Origin: a virus
DNA length: 64,000 nt
Virus record (IMG/VR): IMGVR_UViG_3300050821_003619
Location: 1 to 64,000 of that record
Direction: 5' to 3' (one strand)
Below, piece after piece: positions 18,228-27,035 of this stretch (positions are counted from its first letter, which is position 1; each line of letters opens with the position of its first letter). A program made the translations under genes and the position numbers. A model generated the notes under the pieces. It did no database searches, had not been told where the DNA came from, and saw only the letters and a list, made by a program, of their open reading frames with translations.

Positions 18228-18303
18228 TGGCTGGCCGTCAAGGACTTGCACCTCGACCATTCGGGTCAGAGCCGAACGTTCTGCTATTAAAAACTAACAG
18301 CCA
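18228..18303 (-). tRNA. tRNA-Gln(CUG)
   Basis: Loop CUCUGAC. Confidence 0.88.
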
Positions 18304-18312
18304 ATAAAAATT

Positions 18313-18389
18313 TGGAGTACGTTGCAGGATTCGAACCTGCGCCTAGACGGGTTGCAGCCGTCCGCGTTTAGCCTCTTCGCCAAACGTAC
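18313..18389 (-). tRNA. tRNA-Cys(GCA)
   Basis: Loop CUGCAAC. Confidence 0.9.
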
Positions 18390-18390
18390 A

Positions 18391-18466
18391 TGGAGGGCAC
18401 GCGAGAAATCGAATCTCTTTCACGCGGGGTCACAACCCGGTGGCTACACCAGTTGCTACGCGCCCT
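18391..18466 (-). tRNA. tRNA-His(GUG)
   Basis: Loop UUGUGAC. Confidence 0.82.
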
Positions 18467-18471
18467 AAAAT

Positions 18472-18550
18472 TGGTACACCGGGTTGGATTCGCACCAACG
18501 GTAATCCTTCTTTGTAAGAGAAGGGGCTTCGTCTCCTTGCCCACCAGTGT
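18472..18550 (-). tRNA. tRNA-Val(UAC)
   Basis: Loop CUUACAA. Confidence 0.85.
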
Positions 18551-18602
18551 ATGGTGCAATCCTATAGATTGCACAACCGTATTTCTACGGGGAGTCGTAA
18601 AT

Positions 18603-18680
18603 TGGAGCCTAAGACTGGGAATCGCACCCAGTACAACCTCTTTACGAGAGAGGTATTCTAGCATCTTAAATTACTCAGGC
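18603..18680 (-). tRNA. tRNA-Thr(CGU)
   Basis: Loop CUCGUAA. Confidence 0.88.
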
Positions 18681-18690
18681 ATAAAACTCT

Positions 18691-18791
18691 ATTTAGGGAA
18701 CAAGCGAATACAGGAAAGGCACCAGCCCTTGCTACGGAATCGAACCGCTCGCTCTATATGCAAGAAGTACCTGTTTTCTACGCCACTAAAT
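18691..18791 (-). ncRNA. Y-RNA-like RNA 5 (shared stem plus T-arm-containing insert)
   Basis: UGGCGUAGAAAACAGGUACUUC ... GCGG-UUCGAUU-CCGU ... CUGUAUUCGCUUGUUCC. Confidence 0.72.
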
Positions 18792-18795
18792 AAAC

Positions 18796-18870
18796 TGGAG
18801 CCACTGGTAGGAGTTAAACCCACACACGCCAAGGTACAAGCTTGGTGCACTGTCATTATGCTACAGTGGC
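18796..18870 (-). tRNA. tRNA-Thr(UGU)
   Basis: Loop CUUGUAC. Confidence 0.85.
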
Positions 18871-18871
18871 A

Positions 18872-18945
18872 TGGAGCCCAAGGATGGAATCAAACCATCG
18901 TTGCTCCCTTACCAAGGGAGAGTTCTATCACTGAACTACAAAGGC
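18872..18945 (-). tRNA. tRNA-Thr(GGU)
   Basis: Loop UUGGUAA. Confidence 0.88.
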
Positions 18946-18955
18946 AATAAAAATA

Positions 18956-19273
18956 ATACTAACTCTGTAAGCAGGATTCTGTCAATGGAATATTTTCCAC
19001 CGGACAATCATTCGTCTTAGCTTTCAACCCGATGGCTCCCCGAGCAGGATCACTGCCATCCTATTTGAAATTGCTGCCCCTAGAGATTGCCCGTTTCACT
19101 CCCACTCAAGGGATTCGTCACTGTTGCTCTTATCGTAGCCTCGCGGCTCCCGCAGCTTCCACGGTAGGGTGCTCTTTGCAGTCCTGACTTTCCTCACCTT
19201 AAGATGAAGCGCTCCGCAAGGTATTAACCACACAGTGCTTGATCCGATAAGGCGCGATTGTCTGAGTTAGTAT
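18956..19273 (-). ncRNA. rnpB: RNase P RNA
   Basis: Conserved GAGGAAAGUCAGGAC and ACAGAAUCCUGCUUAC (P4), GUGAAACGGGCAAUC, AAUGAUUGU; P1 AUACUAACUC/GAGUUAGUAU. Confidence 0.92.
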
Positions 19274-19373
19274 AAAATTGGTATGGAAGATACTCTAGGA
19301 GTAGTCACCTTTGACTTTCAGCCTGCTCGCTACATCCACGTCACTTTTGCAGGATATCGGAACATCTTAAAAT

Positions 19374-19460
19374 TGGTGCGCCTAGAGGGACTTGCACCCC
19401 CACGGCTGTTAACCACTGGAGTCTAAATCCAGCGCGGCTGCTAAATTACGCCATAGACGC
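19374..19460 (-). tRNA. tRNA-Leu(UAG)
   Basis: Loop UUUAGAC, variable arm. Confidence 0.88.
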
Positions 19461-19730
19461 ATTTAAAATTTTAGAGCACAGGCGAGGCTGAGGGACTAGG
19501 CCAGTCAGCCTCGGGTGCTTTTCTTCGAAAGAGTGCGTCTTACACAATATGTTGCGCCAGCTCGAAATACGAAGATAAACGTTGGGCGTATACCTTGTTG
19601 CGATACCATCTACTTCTAGACTTAGCCCAATCTGAATCCCGGCCCTCAACCAAAAAGGAGTAAAGGGAGAGCCGGGAGGACGCGAATGCGTCTACAATGT
19701 GATGTACGCCTTATTTGAGGGTACAGTATT

Positions 19731-19759
19731 ACTATACCATAACTAAGTGAATTTGTCAA
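19731..19759 (-). promoter_or_regulatory. Sigma70-type promoter of the RNA island
   Basis: TTGACA-N17-TATAGT with extended TG. Confidence 0.75.
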
Positions 19760-19892
19760 GTAAAAAATGCAGAGTCAACGCAAAAAATAAAGTTTAAATA
19801 TGGAATGACATTTACGTATCATACTGATTTAAAACGAGTTATATCAAAAATCTAAAACCGTATCTTATAGTAAATACACGGGTTATATCAAC

Positions 19893-19921
19893 TTGACTTT
19901 CGAGGTAAGTCGTGCGATACT
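19893..19921 (+). promoter_or_regulatory. Divergent sigma70-type promoter of the DNA metabolism operon
   Basis: TTGACT-N17-GATACT with extended TG in an AT-rich spacer. Confidence 0.55.
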
Positions 19922-20007
19922 AGAATCGTTTCCCCCCGGTAATACTATATACTACATATGGTTCTATAAGAATCAATCACTTACTTGTTAAAGTATAGGG
20001 GCAGTAA

Positions 20008-20313
20008 GTGGTTATTGTCAATAGGTATTTGCTAAGCATTGAAAATAAACAACTTATGAAGCTATCTACACGCACTCCAGATTCAATTTCCAAGAAAAGA
20101 CAGGAGCTTAGAAGGCAAATAGCCCTCTGGCAAGATCGAATAGAAGCCATAAAGCTTTCTCTTTCAATAACTTCAGAAGAGAAGGCAGAAAAACTGAAAC
20201 AAGCCTACACGGAACTCAAAGCTTTAAATGCTTCAATGAACGAGACTTTTGTCGGTCGGCACCGATCCATCAACTTCAGCAAGACCAGAAAGCTCTACCC
20301 CGGCGTTTGGTAA
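20008..20313 (+). CDS. Hypothetical protein
   Basis: ORF track; helical. Confidence 0.45.
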   Translation: MVIVNRYLLSIENKQLMKLSTRTPDSISKKRQELRRQIALWQDRIEAIKLSLSITSEEKAEKLKQAYTELKALNASMNETFVGRHRSINFSKTRKLYPGVW

Positions 20314-20357
20314 CGTGCCGCAAACTTTGCGGCAGGTCATAATTTCAAAAGGACAAA

Positions 20358-22841
20358 TTGGAAAATCAGACTCAGCACAAGAAGCTCGTTCTTTCCGAGC
20401 TTAAGCCTCCAATGAACATCACGTTCATCACAAACAAGGACGGCTTAAAAAAATTAAGAGACTTCTTTGAACGTAAGAAGGCAGAACCCGTTCCTTATAC
20501 CGGCTTCGATACCGAGACCAACATCACGGTAGACTTCTGGAATAGACGTGTTCGCACAATGCAGTTTGGAGACAAGAACGAACAATACGTTATTGATCTG
20601 CTCTCGTTTGCCGGTTCTAGAGAAAAATTAATAGAGACGCAGGGCAACTATGGAGCTAACTGCGGCGACACGTACAAAGATATCATAGACATCATCGAGC
20701 CTGTGTTGTGTTCTAATGCGTTTCTAAAAATAGGACAGAACCTAGGATTCGAATACGAAGTGATGCGCTGGAACTTCGGCTTGCGTATCTGGCATTTGTA
20801 CAGCATGGACTTTGCTGAGCGTGTAATGCAGGCCGGAAGAATATCTCTTAAGAAGTACAGCGAGTTTTCTATGTTTGAAATCTTTAAAAGATATTTCAAA
20901 CTAGAGATCGATAAAGAGAAGCAGAAGACATTCGATATAGAAACACCTCTCACACAAGAACAAATTGAGTATGCCGCATTTGATATTCGTTCACCAATCT
21001 CTGTGTGGCAGGCCCAGCAACGCATTCTAGAGCGTGATCAACTAATAACAACTGCTACTATCGAGAATGAAGCTATCGGAAGTTATGTTGACATGCACTT
21101 GCATGGACAAAACTTAAACGATGAAAAATGGATCGAACGCATCAAGGCAACGCAACTTCGACGCATCGAAGAAGTTAAAATTCTAGATGCATCTTTTTTG
21201 CCGATAGTAGGACACAAAGACAACCAGATTGATGAAGATGAAATTAATCGTCTTGAGCTGGTCTGGAAAACAGAGTTTGAAGAAGCAACAGAAGCAGAAA
21301 AAGAACAAGCTGCCGCTGTACGATTGGAGAAGGACCCAGTAAAGAAAGCAGAACTAAAAGCTGTTCTGAAAAATCTACAGCTTCATCGTAGGCTAATGAA
21401 AGCGTCTGCTCGTGCTGCGTACTCAGAAAAAAGCAAAGCACGCACTGAGTGGAAAAAAGAATATCCCAAGTGTGAAGGCGAAGCTTACATTAATTACGGT
21501 TCCAATGCACAACTTTTACAGACTTTGAGAAAGTTCCCCGGCATGGGTGCAATAGAAAGTGTCGGAGACGAAGTATTGCTGAAATTTAACGACCGGCCAA
21601 TCATTCAGACTTTGCGTAAATATCGTAAAGGTAAGAAGGACACCGGCACGTATGGTATGCAGTGGGTCACTCGCTGGGTAAACAAGCCATGCAAAGAAGA
21701 AGGCTTCAGGCATCCCGGTGACGGTCGTCTACATTGCACCTTCAACCAGCTTGAGGCAGAAACGGGACGAAGCTCTTCATCGAAACCGAATGCTCAGAAC
21801 CTTCCAAAAGAAAAAGAAGTACGTGATTGTTTCATATGTGATCCACCAGATTTTAATGAACCAGATGGTTACGTAATTGTAACGTGCGACATGTCTGGTG
21901 CTGAGTTGAGAATTATTGCTGACTTAGCGAATGCAACTTCGTGGATCATGGCTTTCAACAAAGGCTGGGACGTTCACTCTGTCTCTACTGAAATTCTTGA
22001 GCGTAAACAGTGGGAAGAGGGAACAGAAGCTGGATGCGCGTACTACGAAAAAGATGACAAAGGTGAATTAAAGCGTCAAAAGTGCAAATGCAAAATTCAC
22101 AAGAAACTTCGTGATAACACCAAGGCCATTAACTTCTTGTTGTGTTACGGTGGAGGACCAGATGCACTGGCTGACCAGCTAGACATCACCGTAGACGCTG
22201 CAAAAGAATTGATGAAACAGCACGAAGCTGCATTTCCTGATGTGTGGAACTTCTTGTACCGCTCTGGTGAAGAAGCCAAGCGAGATAAAGAATCCCGCGA
22301 TATGTATGGTCGTAGAAGATCGTTCCCTACGCCCACATATGAAAGTGCTAAGCAGTGGATTTTGGATGATGATGATAGAATGGAGAAGCTGGAACTTCCT
22401 GAGGAACAACAAAAAGAAAACATTCTTCAGTTCAAGTTACAGAATCTGCGTGAGCCTAACAAAGAAGAAATTTCCAAGTTAACACATCGTAATCCAACAG
22501 ACTCAGAAATTCGTTGGGCTATGAAATCCATGATGGGTTCTATTTCTCGTCGTGGTAAAAATCATCGCATTCAAGGTACCAACGCTTCAATCATCAAGAG
22601 AGCTATGGGCTCAGGATTTGATGCCAATGGAAAGCCTTACCTATGGCACACTCTGCCACAATTCAAAGCTAAGTTGCTCAGCATGGTGCATGACGAATTG
22701 ATTATTCAGTGCCCCAAGAGATTCGGTGAGCAGGTTAAAGCTTTGGTTGGAGATGCGTTCAAACGTGCAGCAGCGGAAGTTATGCACAAAGTAGAAATGA
22801 CCTTTGAAGGTCACATTGCTGACCGTTGGGTTAAAGAATAA
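20358..22841 (+). CDS. polA: Family A DNA polymerase with 3'-5' exonuclease
   Basis: ExoI FDTET, ExoIII YAAFD; TGRSSS, motif A DMSGAELR, motif B KAINFLLCYG, motif C VHDE. Confidence 0.95.
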   Translation: MENQTQHKKLVLSELKPPMNITFITNKDGLKKLRDFFERKKAEPVPYTGFDTETNITVDFWNRRVRTMQFGDKNEQYVIDLLSFAGSREKLIETQGNYGANCGDTYKDIIDIIEPVLCSNAFLKIGQNLGFEYEVMRWNFGLRIWHLYSMDFAERVMQAGRISLKKYSEFSMFEIFKRYFKLEIDKEKQKTFDIETPLTQEQIEYAAFDIRSPISVWQAQQRILERDQLITTATIENEAIGSYVDMHLHGQNLNDEKWIERIKATQLRRIEEVKILDASFLPIVGHKDNQIDEDEINRLELVWKTEFEEATEAEKEQAAAVRLEKDPVKKAELKAVLKNLQLHRRLMKASARAAYSEKSKARTEWKKEYPKCEGEAYINYGSNAQLLQTLRKFPGMGAIESVGDEVLLKFNDRPIIQTLRKYRKGKKDTGTYGMQWVTRWVNKPCKEEGFRHPGDGRLHCTFNQLEAETGRSSSSKPNAQNLPKEKEVRDCFICDPPDFNEPDGYVIVTCDMSGAELRIIADLANATSWIMAFNKGWDVHSVSTEILERKQWEEGTEAGCAYYEKDDKGELKRQKCKCKIHKKLRDNTKAINFLLCYGGGPDALADQLDITVDAAKELMKQHEAAFPDVWNFLYRSGEEAKRDKESRDMYGRRRSFPTPTYESAKQWILDDDDRMEKLELPEEQQKENILQFKLQNLREPNKEEISKLTHRNPTDSEIRWAMKSMMGSISRRGKNHRIQGTNASIIKRAMGSGFDANGKPYLWHTLPQFKAKLLSMVHDELIIQCPKRFGEQVKALVGDAFKRAAAEVMHKVEMTFEGHIADRWVKE

Positions 22842-22855
22842 GTGAAAGAGAAGAA

Positions 22856-24508
22856 ATGTCCGAGAAAATGAGTCACTTCGCGCAGACAATCATGGAACAG
22901 AAATACAGCCATGATCTGCGCGAAGGCGGTAAAGAAACGTGGGACAATATATCCCATAGAGTAGGGACAACGGTGCTTCGAACAGTCGGGGCACCCAAGT
23001 CTCTTATTGATCAAACTGTTGAGTACATAAAACAGAGAAAATTTATTCCCGGTGGACGGTACTTGTACGCGACTAAACGCCCGTATCACCAAGTTCAAAA
23101 CTGCCTCTTAATGAAAGCGGAAGATTCCCGCGAAGGCTGGTCGGAGTTGATGCAAAAAGCGACCATGGCTCTCATGACTGGGGCAGGAATAGGCATTGAC
23201 TACTCAGATATACGCGCAGAAGGAAAATCAATACGTAAAACCGGTGGGTTCGCTACCGGCCCTCTAGCTCTAATGCAAATGGTCAATGAAGCTGGTAGAG
23301 GAATTATGCAAGGAGGTTCCAGACGCTCCGCTATTTGGGCGGGATTAAAATGGAATCATCCTGATGTAACAAAATTTTGTCTCATGAAGAACTGGATTCC
23401 TGAAGTGCGTGAGATGAAGCTGAAAGATTTTAATTTTACAGCCACTATGGACGGGACCAATATAAGCGTGCAACTTGACGATGACTTCTTTGAAGCATTT
23501 AACAATGATAAGCACCCACAGAATTCACTCGCTCACTCTGTATATTGGACAGTTGTAGAACGTATGCTTAAAACGGCTGAACCGGGATTCAGCATTGATT
23601 GCGGGAAAAATTCAAAGGAGACACTACGCAATGCTTGCACTGAAGTTACGTCTGCTGATGATAGTGACGTTTGTAATCTCGGCTCAATCAACATGGCACG
23701 CGTGGAGTCGCTTGAAGAAATGGGAGCGTTATTGGAATGCGCTATTGCTTTTCTTCTTGCTGGCACTGTTTACAGCGACGTTCCTTATGCCAAGGTAGAT
23801 CAGATTCGTACAAAGAATCGCAGGCTTGGATTAGGGCTGATGGGCATTCACGAGTGGCTTCTTCTGCACGGTAAAAAATATGGTGCCGATTCAGAGTTAG
23901 ACAAGTATTTAGAAATTTACGCAACTAGTACAAAAGTGGCACATGACTACGCAAAAAAGTGGGACTTGTCTTCACCGGTCAAGACCCGAGCTATTGCACC
24001 AACAGGAACAATTGGAATTATTGCAGAGACTACAACTGGCATCGAACCTATCTTTTGTTCGGCTTTTAAACGTAGATATCTCAAAGGTGGAACGTGGAAT
24101 TTCCAATATGTCCTTGATCCAACAGCTAAAAGACTAATAGAAGAAAAAAATGTTCGACCAGAGGACATAGAAGATGCCTATGAGTTGGCAAGAGACGCTA
24201 ACGTTGAAAGACGCGTTGCGTTCCAAGCACATGTACAAAGTTACGTTGACCATGCCATATCAAGTACAATTAATTTGCCAGAATGGGGTTCCGAGTCTAA
24301 CAATAGAGACACAGTCCAACGATTCGGCAGGATGCTTATTAAATACCTGCCCAAACTGCGGGGACTCACTTGTTATCCCGATGGTGCTAGAGGGGGCCAG
24401 CCTTTGACTCCAGTAAAGTATTTGACGGCAGTTAAACACGTTGGTGAAATATTCGTGGAACACATGGATGTATGCGATTTGACGAAAGGCGGATCATGTG
24501 GCAGTTAA
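22856..24508 (+). CDS. nrdJ: Ribonucleotide reductase, compact class II (AdoCbl)-type
   Basis: PGGRYL, NC, GGSRRSA, NACTE, CNLGSIN, APTGT, VDHAISST; C-terminal Cys pair; no nrdB adjacent. Confidence 0.85.
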   Translation: MSEKMSHFAQTIMEQKYSHDLREGGKETWDNISHRVGTTVLRTVGAPKSLIDQTVEYIKQRKFIPGGRYLYATKRPYHQVQNCLLMKAEDSREGWSELMQKATMALMTGAGIGIDYSDIRAEGKSIRKTGGFATGPLALMQMVNEAGRGIMQGGSRRSAIWAGLKWNHPDVTKFCLMKNWIPEVREMKLKDFNFTATMDGTNISVQLDDDFFEAFNNDKHPQNSLAHSVYWTVVERMLKTAEPGFSIDCGKNSKETLRNACTEVTSADDSDVCNLGSINMARVESLEEMGALLECAIAFLLAGTVYSDVPYAKVDQIRTKNRRLGLGLMGIHEWLLLHGKKYGADSELDKYLEIYATSTKVAHDYAKKWDLSSPVKTRAIAPTGTIGIIAETTTGIEPIFCSAFKRRYLKGGTWNFQYVLDPTAKRLIEEKNVRPEDIEDAYELARDANVERRVAFQAHVQSYVDHAISSTINLPEWGSESNNRDTVQRFGRMLIKYLPKLRGLTCYPDGARGGQPLTPVKYLTAVKHVGEIFVEHMDVCDLTKGGSCGS

Positions 24509-24521
24509 CAAAGGAGAATTC

Positions 24522-24926
24522 ATGAGTGAATATGAAGTGGTGGGAGAACCTTATTTTCGTAGTTCAACATTGAGTGATGCTCTGAATCTATTATCACAGT
24601 GGTGTCACAAGGCCAACGAGAAGTGGTGGCAAGACCCCGTAACCAAAGAGCGCATAAAGCGCAATAAGGGTGAGCTTTTGATGTTAATTGTTTCTGAGCT
24701 TGCGGAATCTATGGAGGGTGAGCGTAAAGATTTAATGGACGACAAACTTCCTAACCGTAAAATGGCTGAGGTAGAACTTGCTGACGCATTGATTCGCATT
24801 TTTGATTACGCTGGTGCACATGGTTACGATCTCGGTGGAGCGTTGATAGAAAAAATGGAATACAATGCTCATCGTGAAGATCATAAACATGAAAACCGCT
24901 TGAAGCCGGGAGGAAAGAAGTTTTGA
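24522..24926 (+). CDS. MazG-like nucleotide pyrophosphohydrolase
   Basis: LIVSELAESMEG...EVELADALIRIFD...KMEYNAHR. Confidence 0.85.
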   Translation: MSEYEVVGEPYFRSSTLSDALNLLSQWCHKANEKWWQDPVTKERIKRNKGELLMLIVSELAESMEGERKDLMDDKLPNRKMAEVELADALIRIFDYAGAHGYDLGGALIEKMEYNAHREDHKHENRLKPGGKKF

Positions 24927-25243
24927 AAACACTCTCTACTTATGGCGCACATGTAACTCCAGCTAATATTCAATACGCTCTATCCAACAGTGGACTTGAG
25001 TGGAGAATGTCTCCTGCACAATGGACTTCAATACAGTACTGGTCTTTGTTTAATCCATCAGTTGTAGTGAAAGAAGTGAAATCAGAAGTAACTACAGAAT
25101 TTTTTAGCAGTTCTGCTCATTCTCTATTTGGTATTCCTGTTGATATAGTGAAAGGGTACGAGCAAAGTTGGATTGAATTAGTATTGGGGAAGAGAAGTAA
25201 TTTTCAGAATAGAAAACCTTTCAATACCACAGGGGTTTCCAGA

Positions 25244-25678
25244 ATGATCAAAGCTTATTCAGACGGAGCAAGCCGGGGAAATCCCGGCCCTAGCTCCTGT
25301 AGTTACGTCATCTACAACGGTGAGGAAGTAATCGACAAGGGCTACAGGTACTTAGGAGAACAGACCAATAACTACGCCGAATACCGTGGACTGCTGGATG
25401 CACTAAGCGCATTAGATACATTTGGTTATAAGGGTGCAGACATTTTTTGTGATAGCACTCTGGTCGTAAACCAAGTCAACGGCATTTGGAAAATTAAACA
25501 CTTAGAGCTTATGCAACTCTGCCATCTGGCTCAAGCTCTGTTAATTGTCGGCAAGCATACACTTTCACATGTCGATGGACACAAAGGCATAGCAGGGAAT
25601 GAACTTGCTGACCAACTTTGTAACGAATGTTTAGATGCCATTCAGTGGCACAAGGAAGCAAATGACTCAGCTAATTAA
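25244..25678 (+). CDS. rnhA: Ribonuclease HI (appears fused to upstream ORF from 24923, probably through a 1-nt indel)
   Basis: YSDGASRGNPG, TNNYAEY, CDSTLVVNQ, GHKGIAGNELAD. Confidence 0.9.
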   Translation: MIKAYSDGASRGNPGPSSCSYVIYNGEEVIDKGYRYLGEQTNNYAEYRGLLDALSALDTFGYKGADIFCDSTLVVNQVNGIWKIKHLELMQLCHLAQALLIVGKHTLSHVDGHKGIAGNELADQLCNECLDAIQWHKEANDSAN

Positions 25679-25827
25679 AGATAACACCCAGTACATCACT
25701 GATCTACTAGAAGCAGCGACTATTGTAGATGTCGCTATTAGGGATACTCAGGGTGAAGGCAAGATCATCAACAACAATGTAATGGCGCACATCATGGCAA
25801 GAGTTTATAAAAATGGGTACATGACCA

Positions 25828-26046
25828 ATGGAAACTACTGAAGTAAAGCATTTGAAAGGTGCTGTGCATCTAGCTTTGGCTGTGGCCCCTATTCTGGAGA
25901 TTAAGAACTCCAGTTCTAAGTTACGCAACGTTCTGCTTGGGTTGGCGGCAGGATGGCACCTTAACGCTGCCTTCTATCACTTCTTCATTGAGAAGGGAGT
26001 ATCTAAACGTGCCAAACGAAAAATTAAACAATACTCCGGGGAATAG
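25828..26046 (+). CDS. Small hydrophobic hypothetical protein
   Basis: Packed ORF. Confidence 0.5.
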   Translation: METTEVKHLKGAVHLALAVAPILEIKNSSSKLRNVLLGLAAGWHLNAAFYHFFIEKGVSKRAKRKIKQYSGE

Positions 26047-26211
26047 GGTGCTTGATCCTACAGACATTGACCCACGCGGGGAAGTATGGTACTGCAGCAA
26101 CTGCAGCAATTATTTAGGACAAACAGATGGACCGTCCGTTGGTAAAACTGTAGTGCTGATCACCTGCACTCCCTGTCAGTATAAAAATCTTGTGGAAAGA
26201 GCAGAGCACGA

Positions 26212-26841
26212 ATGAAAGTAGTTATGATTTCTGATACTCATGACCGGCATTTAGCCTTAAATGGGTTTCTCCCCGAAGGAGATGTTTTGGTTCATGCCGG
26301 TGATTTGACTATGGATGGCACTTTGTCATACGTGCAAAAATCTCTGAACTGGCTAAATGATCTTCCATATGCACACGTAGTATTTGTGGCTGGCAACCAT
26401 GATTTTGCTTTTGAAGATAAGGCGAAGAAAGATAGACTTGATTTTGGTAGGTTGATTTATTTGGAAGACTCAGGTGTAGAGATTGAAGGAAAGAAATTTT
26501 GGGGGAGCCCAATACAGCCTTGGTTCTTCGATTGGGCCTTTAATAGACGCAGAGGAGATGACATCAGTAAACACTGGAAAATGATTCCAGCAGGGTTAGA
26601 TGTTTTAATGACTCATGGTCCTCCAATGTATATTCTGGATCAAACGCCGAGATATCACGAAAACGTTGGATGCTACGATTTAGCTGAAGCAGTAAAAATA
26701 GCTAAGCCAAAAGTGCATGTGTTTGGACACATTCATAACGGTTATGGCCATCAGGTATTGGATGATACCAAGTTTTTCAACGCGTCCATTTGTACCGAGA
26801 TGTATGAACCAAAAAATTTACCTTTTGTAGTGGAGATTTAG
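26212..26841 (+). CDS. Calcineurin-like metallophosphoesterase
   Basis: ISDTH, HAGD, GNHD, THGPP, FGHIH. Confidence 0.92.
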   Translation: MKVVMISDTHDRHLALNGFLPEGDVLVHAGDLTMDGTLSYVQKSLNWLNDLPYAHVVFVAGNHDFAFEDKAKKDRLDFGRLIYLEDSGVEIEGKKFWGSPIQPWFFDWAFNRRRGDDISKHWKMIPAGLDVLMTHGPPMYILDQTPRYHENVGCYDLAEAVKIAKPKVHVFGHIHNGYGHQVLDDTKFFNASICTEMYEPKNLPFVVEI

Positions 26842-26929
26842 ACGAGCCTCCGGCGAGGGGAAGGGTCTTATAAACCCTTTGCTCCAGATTAGAGCTTCCA
26901 GCAGGGATCGACACCCTGATCGTCTACCA
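26840..26929 (+). tRNA. Atypical tRNA with UAU anticodon, short D arm and long variable arm
   Basis: AGGGU-CUUAUAA-ACCCU; CAGGG-AUCGACA-CCCUG; AGACGA/UCGUCU-ACCA. Confidence 0.7.
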
Positions 26930-26940
26930 ATTTTAAACAT

Positions 26941-27020
26941 GGGAGCGTAACTCAATTACGCTAGAGTACCCGGCTTTTAACCGGGAAGTTGTAGGTATCG
27001 AAGTCCTGCCGCTCCCACCA
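26941..27020 (+). tRNA. tRNA-Lys(UUU)
   Basis: Loop CUUUUAA, CCA; 9-nt T loop. Confidence 0.85.
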
Positions 27021-27035
27021 ATTTTAAGGAACATT

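Noticed and set aside
14437-18791. Repeated GGAACA...GAAGTA..CTGT motif as a CRISPR array
   Set aside because: Copies are dispersed, pair internally as stems and have irregular inserts; no cas genes are present.
16402-19649. ORF-track proteins across the tRNA island (e.g. 18390..18950, 17327..17659)
   Set aside because: They are shadows of tRNA genes with no RBS or protein motifs.
813-24508. Introns or inteins in capsid, terminase, polymerase or RNR
   Set aside because: ORFs are continuous, normal-sized and lack splicing motifs; the HNH genes are free-standing.
24923-25678. Novel N-terminally extended RNase H fusion
   Set aside because: An alternative frame ends in TGA overlapping the RNase H ATG, indicating two genes joined by an indel.
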